From: a virus
Direction: 5' to 3' (one strand)
IMG/VR virus record: IMGVR_UViG_3300025282_000024
DNA length: 64,000 nucleotides
Shown here in pieces: positions 8,313-16,128 of the stretch. Position 1 is the stretch's first letter. Every line of letters starts with the position of its first letter. The notes beneath the pieces are model-generated. The model was not told the origin of the DNA. It ran no database searches and was given only the letters and a program-made list of their open reading frames with translations. Made by a program: the position numbers and the translations under genes.

Positions 8313-9395
8313 TTACTCGGTTTTGTTTCCTGTGAGAACTTCCACAATGTAAGAAGAGACACGCACACCCGTAACAGAGGTGGCCATATGAAGTCGTTTG
8401 GTGTTTTCTAACACATCGCCTTTTCCAATGAGTTGCCACAACTTCATGAAAGCTTCAGAAGGAAGCGATACCGCATAATCAGCTAGATGCTGAATCCCAG
8501 TCGCAGATAATTCTTCTTGGAAAGTATCTTCTGCTTCCATTTTCTCAATAAGCGCACAATGCTCATTCAGGTCAAACTTGGAGGTAGCATCGATTTTGCC
8601 ATGCACCAGAATATCCTCTGTCGTCACCACCCTCTCGTAATTCTTTACGAAGTCATTGAAAGAAACCGCAGCTTCAAATCCAACGAACCCAGTTGCAAGA
8701 TTAAAAAGGAGGGGAGACGACTCTTGAAGGAGCCCAGCCTGGTCGAGACAGTCGCTCAGACGCTTCCATGAGCGTCGCGAAGGGTATACCTTGTTTGGCT
8801 CGTAGTCGTCCTTGTGTTCAAGGTGCATACGATTCTGGTTGATGAAGTCCCAAACGATGCCAGCTACCTCATTTTTGCCCCACTCCAACCAATCTTCAAC
8901 GGATGGCTCCACGTCAAAAACTGTGTATCGGTCCAATTCGGCTGGGTCCATTTCATTAACTTGGTACTGGTCCCCATGTTCACCACCATTAACGGCAGCA
9001 ATCACAATCGTGTCCTTATGTAAAGTCCACCCAGCAATCTTGCGGCTATCGGTTAGCTCAAAGATACCCTGACGCACTTCTTGGGTTGCCCGGTCAACCT
9101 CGTCCAAGAAGAGAACGACTGGTTCAGTGCAAGACTGAATGAGCCAGGAGAAAGGGCGAAAAACAGAAGCCTGTTCTCCATTGACTTCAATCAACTCAGG
9201 AGAAGGCATCCCCAACAAATCACCTTCTGTCATCTGAGATGCGCGACGTTCGACGACCGGCAGGTCCATACTTTTGGCCACCTGATAAACAACCTCAGAT
9301 TTTCCTACTCCATGGCGACCACGGAGAAGGATGGGCTTTCGGACTGCTACTACGTGCGGCGCACAAGAAAGAAAAGTTTTAAAATCAATTGCCAT
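8313..9395 (-). CDS. MoxR-like AAA+ ATPase
   Basis: Walker A GRHGVGKS, Walker B LFLDE, MDPAELDR, PSRRSW; adjacent to VWA gene. Confidence 0.9.
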   Translation of the reverse strand: MAIDFKTFLSCAPHVVAVRKPILLRGRHGVGKSEVVYQVAKSMDLPVVERRASQMTEGDLLGMPSPELIEVNGEQASVFRPFSWLIQSCTEPVVLFLDEVDRATQEVRQGIFELTDSRKIAGWTLHKDTIVIAAVNGGEHGDQYQVNEMDPAELDRYTVFDVEPSVEDWLEWGKNEVAGIVWDFINQNRMHLEHKDDYEPNKVYPSRRSWKRLSDCLDQAGLLQESSPLLFNLATGFVGFEAAVSFNDFVKNYERVVTTEDILVHGKIDATSKFDLNEHCALIEKMEAEDTFQEELSATGIQHLADYAVSLPSEAFMKLWQLIGKGDVLENTKRLHMATSVTGVRVSSYIVEVLTGNKTE

Positions 9396-9439
9396 GGTAA
9401 GTGTCGCTCCTTTTGTGTTTCCCGACCTTTATATACATA

Positions 9440-9468
9440 ATTATACCCCAAGATTCACTTTTTGTCAA
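9440..9468 (-). promoter_or_regulatory. sigma70-type early promoter
   Basis: TTGACA-N17-TATAAT. Confidence 0.85.
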
Positions 9469-9496
9469 TAACTTTTTTCACTTTTTTCACTTTTTT

Positions 9497-10165
9497 TTAA
9501 AAAGGGATCTCAGCAGTCTTGTCATCGGCCTTGTCGTCGCTCTTAACAATCTTTTTGTAGCGACACTTTTTAATGTGCCTTTCTTCAACTGTGAGGAGCG
9601 TTCCTTCGCCATAGGGAAGAATATTGTATCGCTTTGCACCCTTGGCTGGACTGAAGACCTCTGACAACACCTCAACCACTAAACATGGGGTATTCGCCAG
9701 ATGCCGCGTGCGGTAACCCAGCGCAGGGCGGCGAAATTCGACATCCGTCCCCACCGGGAAAGCAGCGGGCGCTTTCGCTGTAGCCAATACTTTTTGAGCA
9801 TATTTATTTTCGCACATTTTCTTGTGCTTATTCGGTTCTGGGACAAAATCTGGGTCTTCTAATATTCGAGTAGCTAGCCCCAGGTAATAGCCAGCATTTC
9901 TGTAATATTTAGCAATGATAAGGGTATCTTCGCGCCATTTTTCTTTATAAACCGACGCCCAATTCAAACTGGTTTCAACAGCAGCGGGCGTGCATTTTTC
10001 TTCAATTTTTTTCACAAAACCAAGCTGCTTTTCCGAAAGAGTACGATTACGCTCTAACTGATCTAGCAACGATTCACAGAAACCCACCTCCCAATCAGAC
10101 AAAATTGAATGTTGTTGGTGAACGTCTAGGGTTTTAGTAATTTGAGAAATGAGTTGGTCTTTCAT
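9497..10165 (-). CDS. hypothetical protein
   Basis: 222-aa ORF; C-terminal SH3-like segment; ends EIPF. Confidence 0.75.
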   Translation of the reverse strand: MKDQLISQITKTLDVHQQHSILSDWEVGFCESLLDQLERNRTLSEKQLGFVKKIEEKCTPAAVETSLNWASVYKEKWREDTLIIAKYYRNAGYYLGLATRILEDPDFVPEPNKHKKMCENKYAQKVLATAKAPAAFPVGTDVEFRRPALGYRTRHLANTPCLVVEVLSEVFSPAKGAKRYNILPYGEGTLLTVEERHIKKCRYKKIVKSDDKADDKTAEIPF

Positions 10166-10195
10166 ATGGGTTTTCTCTCCAGCGTTTATACAAGT

Positions 10196-10224
10196 ATTAT
10201 CTCATAAACAACTAGCTTTGTCAA
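10196..10224 (-). promoter_or_regulatory. sigma70-type early promoter
   Basis: TTGACA-N17-GATAAT (TGAGATAAT). Confidence 0.85.
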
Positions 10225-10242
10225 CCAAAAAAAATGAAAAAA

Positions 10243-10440
10243 TTAAACTTTACTCAAGACTGCTAAACTTGAGCGTCGAGGGAATTGAAGGGTGCCCGTG
10301 GGATCAACAACCACCATATGAAATGGGCCTGGGCCAAACTCCACCACCACCATGGGAGTGCGATTCTGCCAAAATTTTACCACCCAGTGACCATCTCCAG
10401 GGTTCACGTTTTCAAACACCACAAGGTCACCAACTTTCAC
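10243..10440 (-). CDS. KOW/SH3-like 'MKVGDLV' family protein
   Basis: GTG start, (M)KVGDLVVF. Confidence 0.7.
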   Translation of the reverse strand: MKVGDLVVFENVNPGDGHWVVKFWQNRTPMVVVEFGPGPFHMVVVDPTGTLQFPRRSSLAVLSKV

Positions 10441-10646
10441 TGGCCCACCACCTTCAGCCAACGCTTCATCGAACCATCACACAAACTCGGCCAGTCTTCA
10501 CCAATAATATGAACCTCAAAATTGGTGATAATGGTGCCGTCTTCCCTATGGAGTGGACGCTCGCCAAGATAAATAGCCATCTTATTATTTATATGGCGTG
10601 TGTGACCGTTAACGTAATCGAACTTCACCAAGTCTCCGGCTTGCAT
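10437..10646 (-). CDS. KOW/SH3-like 'MKVGDLV' family protein
   Basis: MQAGDLVKF...LKVV. Confidence 0.7.
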   Translation of the reverse strand: MQAGDLVKFDYVNGHTRHINNKMAIYLGERPLHREDGTIITNFEVHIIGEDWPSLCDGSMKRWLKVVGQ

Positions 10647-10673
10647 ATTTTTCCCCTAGATAAAAACAAATAT

Positions 10674-10830
10674 AAAAAGAGGGGGGTCGCTCCGCTGTCT
10701 TCGCCGCGAATCGCTAGATACCTTTCGATTATGTTCCCCTCACGAGTATCATTGAAGGTTGGTTAATCCATTATTGCCTATTGTTTAGCGACCCCCCAAG
10801 TATTACTCAAGGCTACTCTCATAGTTTATA
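10674..10830 (-). ncRNA. candidate structured non-coding RNA
   Basis: own promoter, 11-bp closing helix GGGGGGTCGCT/AGCGACCCCCC, GNRA-like hairpins, U-tract, no long minus-strand ORF. Confidence 0.5.
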
Positions 10831-10836
10831 GTGGCC

Positions 10837-10865
10837 ATTATACTATTTTCACCTTCTCTTGTCAA
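10837..10865 (-). promoter_or_regulatory. sigma70-type early promoter
   Basis: TTGACA-N17-TATAAT. Confidence 0.85.
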
Positions 10866-10889
10866 CAAAAAAATATAAAATTAAAATAA

Positions 10890-11096
10890 TTACGCTGAGT
10901 TAATAAGAGACGCAGCCCAAAAGGGTTCATCAAAATCCCTCTCCCCTCCCTCTACATATATCGTAAAAATACGATGTGCATTAACATTAGAAGTTTTCTG
11001 GTTTATCTTAATAAGAATTCCCACAACAGAATAGGGGATTCCATCCATTTGATTTTCATCTGGATCATAAATCTTAACTAAATCACCCGGCTTCAT
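10890..11096 (-). CDS. KOW/SH3-like 'MKVGDLV' family protein
   Basis: MKPGDLVKI...GILIK. Confidence 0.75.
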   Translation of the reverse strand: MKPGDLVKIYDPDENQMDGIPYSVVGILIKINQKTSNVNAHRIFTIYVEGGERDFDEPFWAASLINSA

Positions 11097-11292
11097 TAAT
11101 AACCTCTATTCCTTTCCCAAAGGTGCAAGTCGAAAGAGGTTTTTGACTGCTTGGTATCCAATCTACAATCCAACGCTCTGGAACCGCAGGATTCCAGCCA
11201 GGAAGGTGTTGGGTGACCAACCCTATGCGACCATTGTCTATCCCGCCGCAGGCGCGTGGCTCTATAACTTGAACTAAGTCACCCACCTTCAC
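11083..11292 (-). CDS. KOW/SH3-like 'MKVGDLV' family protein
   Basis: MKVGDLVQV...GLVT...IEVINEAG. Confidence 0.75.
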   Translation of the reverse strand: MKVGDLVQVIEPRACGGIDNGRIGLVTQHLPGWNPAVPERWIVDWIPSSQKPLSTCTFGKGIEVINEAG

Positions 11293-11470
11293 TTATCACC
11301 TCCACCTGATCGGCTTCTCGATAAGAAACATATGGATAAGTCCTTAGCCTCATTCCTTTCGCTGGCTGGAACCAAAAAACCCTCCATTCTACCGGATCTG
11401 AGTCCTTCCTGACTCCAAAAATAATCCCAAGTAGGTGTGAAGGCGGATCTTTTACGAGGGATCCTATCAT
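11279..11470 (-). CDS. KOW/SH3-like family protein
   Basis: MIGSLVK...LGII...VEVISEGG. Confidence 0.7.
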   Translation of the reverse strand: MIGSLVKDPPSHLLGIIFGVRKDSDPVEWRVFWFQPAKGMRLRTYPYVSYREADQVEVISEGG

Positions 11471-11709
11471 TCTACCACCCTCACAGAGCCGTTCTCAAAG
11501 GCTACATAATCAACTCGTGAAGGGGTGGTATCACCCGCCCACAATACATCGATGCATCGAGCGTTCCATCCCCACCCATCATCATGACGACTACTAATAT
11601 TGTAGGCCAATCGCGTAATTATACCATAACGGATCGCGCCCGTCCACTCACCCTCGTTAAATATTTTTACCAAATCACCGACTTTTACTAATGATTTTTG
11701 CGTATCCAT
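11467..11709 (-). CDS. KOW/SH3-like 'MKVGDLV' family protein
   Basis: VKVGDLVKI...GIIT...IDVLW. Confidence 0.7.
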   Translation of the reverse strand: MDTQKSLVKVGDLVKIFNEGEWTGAIRYGIITRLAYNISSRHDDGWGWNARCIDVLWAGDTTPSRVDYVAFENGSVRVVE

Positions 11710-11845
11710 TTTCTATTTCCTTTTCGTCGAATGAAATGAAGTAGGGCAAGTCATTCCACTTTACCTCCCAAAACGTTTCCCAGTGGTGGCCTACAACAAT
11801 AGCCAATATCCCGTCAGAATCCATAAGTAAATCACCGATTTGCAT
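11675..11845 (-). CDS. KOW/SH3-like family protein (56 aa)
   Basis: manual translation MQIGDLLMDSDGILAIVVG...KIISKSR. Confidence 0.7.
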   Translation of the reverse strand: MQIGDLLMDSDGILAIVVGHHWETFWEVKWNDLPYFISFDEKEIENGYAKIISKSR

Positions 11846-12092
11846 CAATCACCTTTAATTTTTCTTTCCGCGTCAAACGTTTGAATGCATATTCTGCTTT
11901 CTGAGCCTCTGAACGACCTTTAAAAGCCGTCGAATAAACTAGGGTGATAGGACGTCGGGTTTTAGTATATTTCGCCCCCTTACTGCCGCTATTGTGTTCA
12001 TTTAAGCGCCTATCTATATCGGTAGTAACCCCGGTATAAAGGGTGCCATCGGCGCACCTTGCCACGTATAAAAACCAATTAATTGCTTTCAC
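11832..12092 (-). CDS. GIY-YIG nuclease (YhbQ/UPF0213-like)
   Basis: YVARCADGTLYTGVTTD..RRLNEHN..GAKYT..AE. Confidence 0.9.
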   Translation of the reverse strand: MKAINWFLYVARCADGTLYTGVTTDIDRRLNEHNSGSKGAKYTKTRRPITLVYSTAFKGRSEAQKAEYAFKRLTRKEKLKVIDANR

Positions 12093-12264
12093 TGATAACC
12101 CTCATTTCATCTTGACCAAACCACTGGCGGGAGTGTGCCCACTGTACCTCAAAAAAAAGTAATCCATCTTCATCTTCATAACTATCTAATATCACACCGA
12201 TTCCGTAGTAAACACGTTCTACCATAAACTTGTCATAAGGCTCAACTAGATCACCGACTTTCAT
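12079..12264 (-). CDS. KOW/SH3-like 'MKVGDLV' family protein
   Basis: MKVGDLV...GVIL...VQW...RVISESN. Confidence 0.75.
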   Translation of the reverse strand: MKVGDLVEPYDKFMVERVYYGIGVILDSYEDEDGLLFFEVQWAHSRQWFGQDEMRVISESN

Positions 12265-12276
12265 TAATCACTTTTT

Positions 12277-12305
12277 ATCCTAACACAAAAATTAAAATAT
12301 GTCAA
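12277..12305 (-). promoter_or_regulatory. sigma70-type promoter
   Basis: TTGACA-N17-TAGGAT. Confidence 0.65.
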
Positions 12306-12895
12306 CCTTTATCTAAAACTTCTTCATACGTGGTGATTCCTACTAGCTGCACCATCTTATCAACATAAACGTCCATTACATCTATTCTTTCTCTTTGACG
12401 AGCATCAGCAATAAAATCGCGTAACTGGAGGATGGCTCGCTCGGCGTTTATTAAATATTCACAGGCAGTTGTCACCACAGAAATTGCACCCCCCACCATC
12501 GAATGAGATTCTGAAGAGAAATATATATTCCTATCATTTCCATTTTTCAGGGATAGTTTAATCTCTACTGGAGATGCTGATTTTCTCGAACTGTTTTTAA
12601 ATTTAACTTGCATAACAAAGTCATCAAAAGAAACATTCTTGAGGGAAATAAATTTAGGTGCAAAATGATCTATCATGGCGGTGTAAAGAGCATCTACTGG
12701 GCCATGACCCTCGCCTACAATAAAAATATCCTCCCAGTCATTAGAAAAAAAAACATTACATTCAATTGTTGTTTTCAAGCATTCCCTCAAAATAAAATCT
12801 CTCACCGACAATTCAACATATTTTTCTTTTAATATTTCTTTAACAATCAACTGGCACTTCTTTTGCAGAAGTTCCTCTGGGTATGAAATCAACAT
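12302..12895 (-). CDS. protein with LeuA-like allosteric (dimerisation) domain
   Basis: GEGHGPVDALYTAM resembles the GxGxGPVDA motif of the isopropylmalate synthase regulatory domain. Confidence 0.55.
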   Translation of the reverse strand: MLISYPEELLQKKCQLIVKEILKEKYVELSVRDFILRECLKTTIECNVFFSNDWEDIFIVGEGHGPVDALYTAMIDHFAPKFISLKNVSFDDFVMQVKFKNSSRKSASPVEIKLSLKNGNDRNIYFSSESHSMVGGAISVVTTACEYLINAERAILQLRDFIADARQRERIDVMDVYVDKMVQLVGITTYEEVLDKG

Positions 12896-13526
12896 CTGTA
12901 ATAACTAGCTTCGAGGTCCGGTGAAACAAATACACCTTTCGAGATATATAAAAAATAATTGAAGCTAGGGCGACGCCCGACAAAACATCAATCAAATAAT
13001 GTTGTTTAAGTGTTAAAGTGGAGGCGGCTATTAGCGCGGCCCAACAAAAATACGCCACTCGCAGGCTTAAATATTGTTTACCTTTTTCGGACAATCCCAC
13101 AAAATATGCCAAAAGCCATGAAAATGTAACATGGCCAGAGGGGAAAGTGTTGTTTGCTCCGTCGATCCCTCGCGTTAGTTCAACTAGCATACCAGAAATA
13201 GTGCTGGTATCTACATAAGCCTCGCGAGGATAATACGAAGGAATGAGAACATAAAATATACACAGTACGGCCCCAGCGGCTAAATTACCATACGTCATTA
13301 ATGAAAATAATTTTTTGTCGTGAAATAATATAAAACAAGTTGCAGCCGTTACCGGAATTAGTGTATGATATATCCATACAAACTCAGGCACAAAGGGGAT
13401 TTCAGTATCCATCCCTATTAATAAATCATATTCATGTGGAAGGATTCCCGTTTGGAAGAAGAGGTAAAGGACAGAGTAAGGTACAAAGGCTAAAAAAAGA
13501 TATTTAGCTTTCACCCCCAATGACAT
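12840..13526 (-). CDS. PAP2-superfamily membrane phosphatase/phosphotransferase
   Basis: multiple TMs, PR motif, NTFPSGH, KQHYLID. Confidence 0.85.
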   Translation of the reverse strand: MSLGVKAKYLFLAFVPYSVLYLFFQTGILPHEYDLLIGMDTEIPFVPEFVWIYHTLIPVTAATCFILFHDKKLFSLMTYGNLAAGAVLCIFYVLIPSYYPREAYVDTSTISGMLVELTRGIDGANNTFPSGHVTFSWLLAYFVGLSEKGKQYLSLRVAYFCWAALIAASTLTLKQHYLIDVLSGVALASIIFYISRKVYLFHRTSKLVITDVDFIPRGTSAKEVPVDC

Positions 13527-13657
13527 ATACACCTCCTTATACCAAATACTCCCGAAGCTCTGGAGGGCTCTCCCTCAAAACATCGCAAAGTGTGAAAAAA
13601 AGTTCACACTCCCTATTCATACATATGAATAAATTTATAAAAAAGAAAAAATATTAT

Positions 13658-13927
13658 TTATTTAAAAACTTTTTCTTTAGCTGTAGAAAAAAGATCTTTT
13701 AAAAAGGATTTTTTTAATCTTATCAGCCTCTCGAATTTTACCTTCTGACGCGCATCGGTATAAAGCGCAGTGGGCTTACTAATCTGGCCATCTACCAATT
13801 GATCACTAAAATCATAAAATTTTGTTTTAGGGGAAGACTTCGAAGCTGCCCGTGGCGACCCAGCAAAAAAAATAAGAAATGCAAAGGCTATTATTAAAAT
13901 AAAAATATAAAAGCCCAATAGCATCAA
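13658..13927 (-). CDS. membrane-anchored hypothetical protein
   Basis: N-terminal hydrophobic helix. Confidence 0.6.
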   Translation of the reverse strand: MMLLGFYIFILIIAFAFLIFFAGSPRAASKSSPKTKFYDFSDQLVDGQISKPTALYTDARQKVKFERLIRLKKSFLKDLFSTAKEKVFK

Positions 13928-13934
13928 AAATGAT

Positions 13935-14321
13935 TTATTTGGTTTTATACCACTGGCCCTCCCAACAAATTACTTGACTGTTAACCACTTTAACAGGCCA
14001 TTCAACAATTATCCCGTTAATATTGGGGAATTCATTTGCATAATAATCGCGCAACCAAAAAACAGCCTCCCTCCCCTCTTGTAAGTGTCCCTGATTAGAT
14101 CGCCAATAAAAATTCCCACAAAAATAAAGAACGACGCCTATAAAAAAGGCCGGTTGAATAAACAAAAAAATTGCATGTGCCCATATCAACATAGAGGGGG
14201 CAAATATTTCTTTTGTGGGAGTGCCACCCTCACTCTGATGAATCTCGTAAGCGCGAGTCCATACAAAAGCATAAATAAATGCTAACATTATCCAGAAGCC
14301 AATATATATAAATTCGATCAT
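13935..14321 (-). CDS. membrane protein
   Basis: 2-3 hydrophobic segments. Confidence 0.65.
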   Translation of the reverse strand: MIEFIYIGFWIMLAFIYAFVWTRAYEIHQSEGGTPTKEIFAPSMLIWAHAIFLFIQPAFFIGVVLYFCGNFYWRSNQGHLQEGREAVFWLRDYYANEFPNINGIIVEWPVKVVNSQVICWEGQWYKTK

Positions 14322-14335
14322 GTTTTAAATAGATA

Positions 14336-14683
14336 TTAGTGTAACGAAATAGAACAATTATTCTCAGTAACGATTTCTTTAGACAGCACCAAAGCCTGCA
14401 TAAAAAGAGAAAATTGAAAAGCTAAACCCTCTGAAACAATAAAGCTTTTTGTTGCTGAATCATAATTTTCATCGTCAGCCATTTTATGGATTATCTCTTC
14501 TAAACAATAAAGAATGCTATAATATTCACATAATTTACTTTTATTATATAGTGAAAGGGGATCGCTGCTTCTAAATAAAAGATTATCAAGGATAGTTCTA
14601 TCGCTCTCTATCTTTTGCACATATGTTAACCATGTATTTTCTTCCAGAGTAAATACTACATTCTTTTCTTTGTTAGACGACAT
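14336..14683 (-). CDS. hypothetical protein
   Basis: ORF. Confidence 0.7.
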   Translation of the reverse strand: MSSNKEKNVVFTLEENTWLTYVQKIESDRTILDNLLFRSSDPLSLYNKSKLCEYYSILYCLEEIIHKMADDENYDSATKSFIVSEGLAFQFSLFMQALVLSKEIVTENNCSISLH

Positions 14684-14691
14684 GAATAACT

Positions 14692-14964
14692 TTATTCCCC
14701 CAGGTCACCTTCTTTATCGGTAAAATAAGTTTTTAATTCTGTATAGCCACCGATTAACAGAGCGGGGCCTTCCCCTGCGTCCGGGCTACACAGAACTATT
14801 GGTACCGTGGGGTGGCCCCATTTTTCCTTTACAGATTTTAACTCATCCAAATCGTTATCCATAATATAGGTGGTGTGGTTTACTTTTTGTTTCACAAGCT
14901 CGTGTTGTGCTTTAATACAAAAGCAACACTCCGATTTAATATACATAGTAATATGTTTATCCAT
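14692..14964 (-). CDS. grx: glutaredoxin
   Basis: CCFC active site, TVP, IGG motifs. Confidence 0.85.
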   Translation of the reverse strand: MDKHITMYIKSECCFCIKAQHELVKQKVNHTTYIMDNDLDELKSVKEKWGHPTVPIVLCSPDAGEGPALLIGGYTELKTYFTDKEGDLGE

Positions 14965-15232
14965 GCAGCAACTCCTTTTGCGGGCTTTTGAGCTTCGACT
15001 CAATTAATGCCGGCGCTCCTACCACCACTATTTCTAGCCCTGTAAACCCCTTATCTAGCGTTAGCCTTGTGAAAAGGTGAGTATCATCCAACTCGGAAGG
15101 AAGTTGTCCTTCTTCAAGTTTTTGTCGGAACCTCATATCTTCTCTCAATGACACAACGTGTTTAGGGCTTACATATACTTCTCTTAATATATGTCCCTTA
15201 GACGTTTCATGAATTTCTATTAATTTAATCAA
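14957..15232 (-). CDS. hypothetical protein
   Basis: ORF overlapping neighbours. Confidence 0.7.
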   Translation of the reverse strand: MIKLIEIHETSKGHILREVYVSPKHVVSLREDMRFRQKLEEGQLPSELDDTHLFTRLTLDKGFTGLEIVVVGAPALIESKLKSPQKELLHG

Positions 15233-15477
15233 AATATTCCCTCTGTTGTATTAACGTCGTTTTCGTCGACATACCACTCGTCCCCGTCATATAAAACCTT
15301 TAAATATTTTTCATATGTCGTCTTTGCTTCAGTCAACAAAAGATTGGTGGGAGCTTTCAGTCTGTAAACTTTTGTTGGTGTATTTCTTCGCGATGGATAT
15401 TCTGTATATTCTTCATCATGAAACTTCAATAACCTTACTTCAGAAGGCGCATAGACTAAATCACCTACCTTCAACAT
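15229..15477 (-). CDS. KOW/SH3-like 'MKVGDLV' family protein
   Basis: MLKVGDLVY...KVLYDG. Confidence 0.7.
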   Translation of the reverse strand: MLKVGDLVYAPSEVRLLKFHDEEYTEYPSRRNTPTKVYRLKAPTNLLLTEAKTTYEKYLKVLYDGDEWYVDENDVNTTEGIF

Positions 15478-15775
15478 TCACATTCTCTTCTGGAGTGTCC
15501 TTTGCAGCCATATTTCTAAGCTGCAACGTTGCTTGTTGATAACCATTGAGAATATTCCGAGAATCAAAAAGGGCATGATCTAGGTTCATAATATTCTGGC
15601 GACACGTTTCAATCAGTTGCACCGCTTTGCTTTCTTGTTCTTTATTAATGCTTTCCTGAATTACTGGAAAGAGTTCATTAATTTGCTCCACATCATCTTC
15701 TACTTTTAAAAGCAACTCCTGAACTAGTTGCCTTATTTCAGCCAATTGGACTGAATAGGTTACGTTAACTCGCAT
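15461..15775 (-). CDS. coiled-coil hypothetical protein
   Basis: ORF with AAGGAG SD; promoter at 15797-15824. Confidence 0.75.
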   Translation of the reverse strand: MRVNVTYSVQLAEIRQLVQELLLKVEDDVEQINELFPVIQESINKEQESKAVQLIETCRQNIMNLDHALFDSRNILNGYQQATLQLRNMAAKDTPEENVNVEGR

Positions 15776-15832
15776 AAAAAACTCCTTGTTTCCATAAGTA
15801 TAACATATAAAAAGGATTTGTCAACAAAAAAA

Positions 15833-16099
15833 TTAAAATAAAGTTTTATATACTGTAGCCACTGTAAGACCCACAATTGCCGTGATTATAATCCATATAA
15901 GACGCGAAGAGGTGGCTTGCCAGCCCTCAAGTTCGCGAAGGCGCGCATATAACCCTTCATCGGGATGATAAACAGCTTCTTTAATTTTAGCAATATCCTG
16001 GGCCATCTCATCTTGTTTTTCATTTACTACTTCTAATTTTTGCATAATTTGATCAAATTTTCCATTCATCTCAGCATGAACAACAGCATCCGCAGACAT
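15833..16099 (-). CDS. coiled-coil protein with C-terminal TM (XhlA/holin-like)
   Basis: heptad region plus LIWIIITAIVGLTVA TM; late-type motif upstream. Confidence 0.5.
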   Translation of the reverse strand: MSADAVVHAEMNGKFDQIMQKLEVVNEKQDEMAQDIAKIKEAVYHPDEGLYARLRELEGWQATSSRLIWIIITAIVGLTVATVYKTLF

Positions 16100-16128
16100 T
16101 GGTACTTTCCCCCTCTGTGCAATATTAA

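Noticed and set aside
10149-10766. 205-aa plus-strand ORF
   Set aside because: It spans a promoter, two minus-strand genes and the candidate ncRNA, and shows no protein features.
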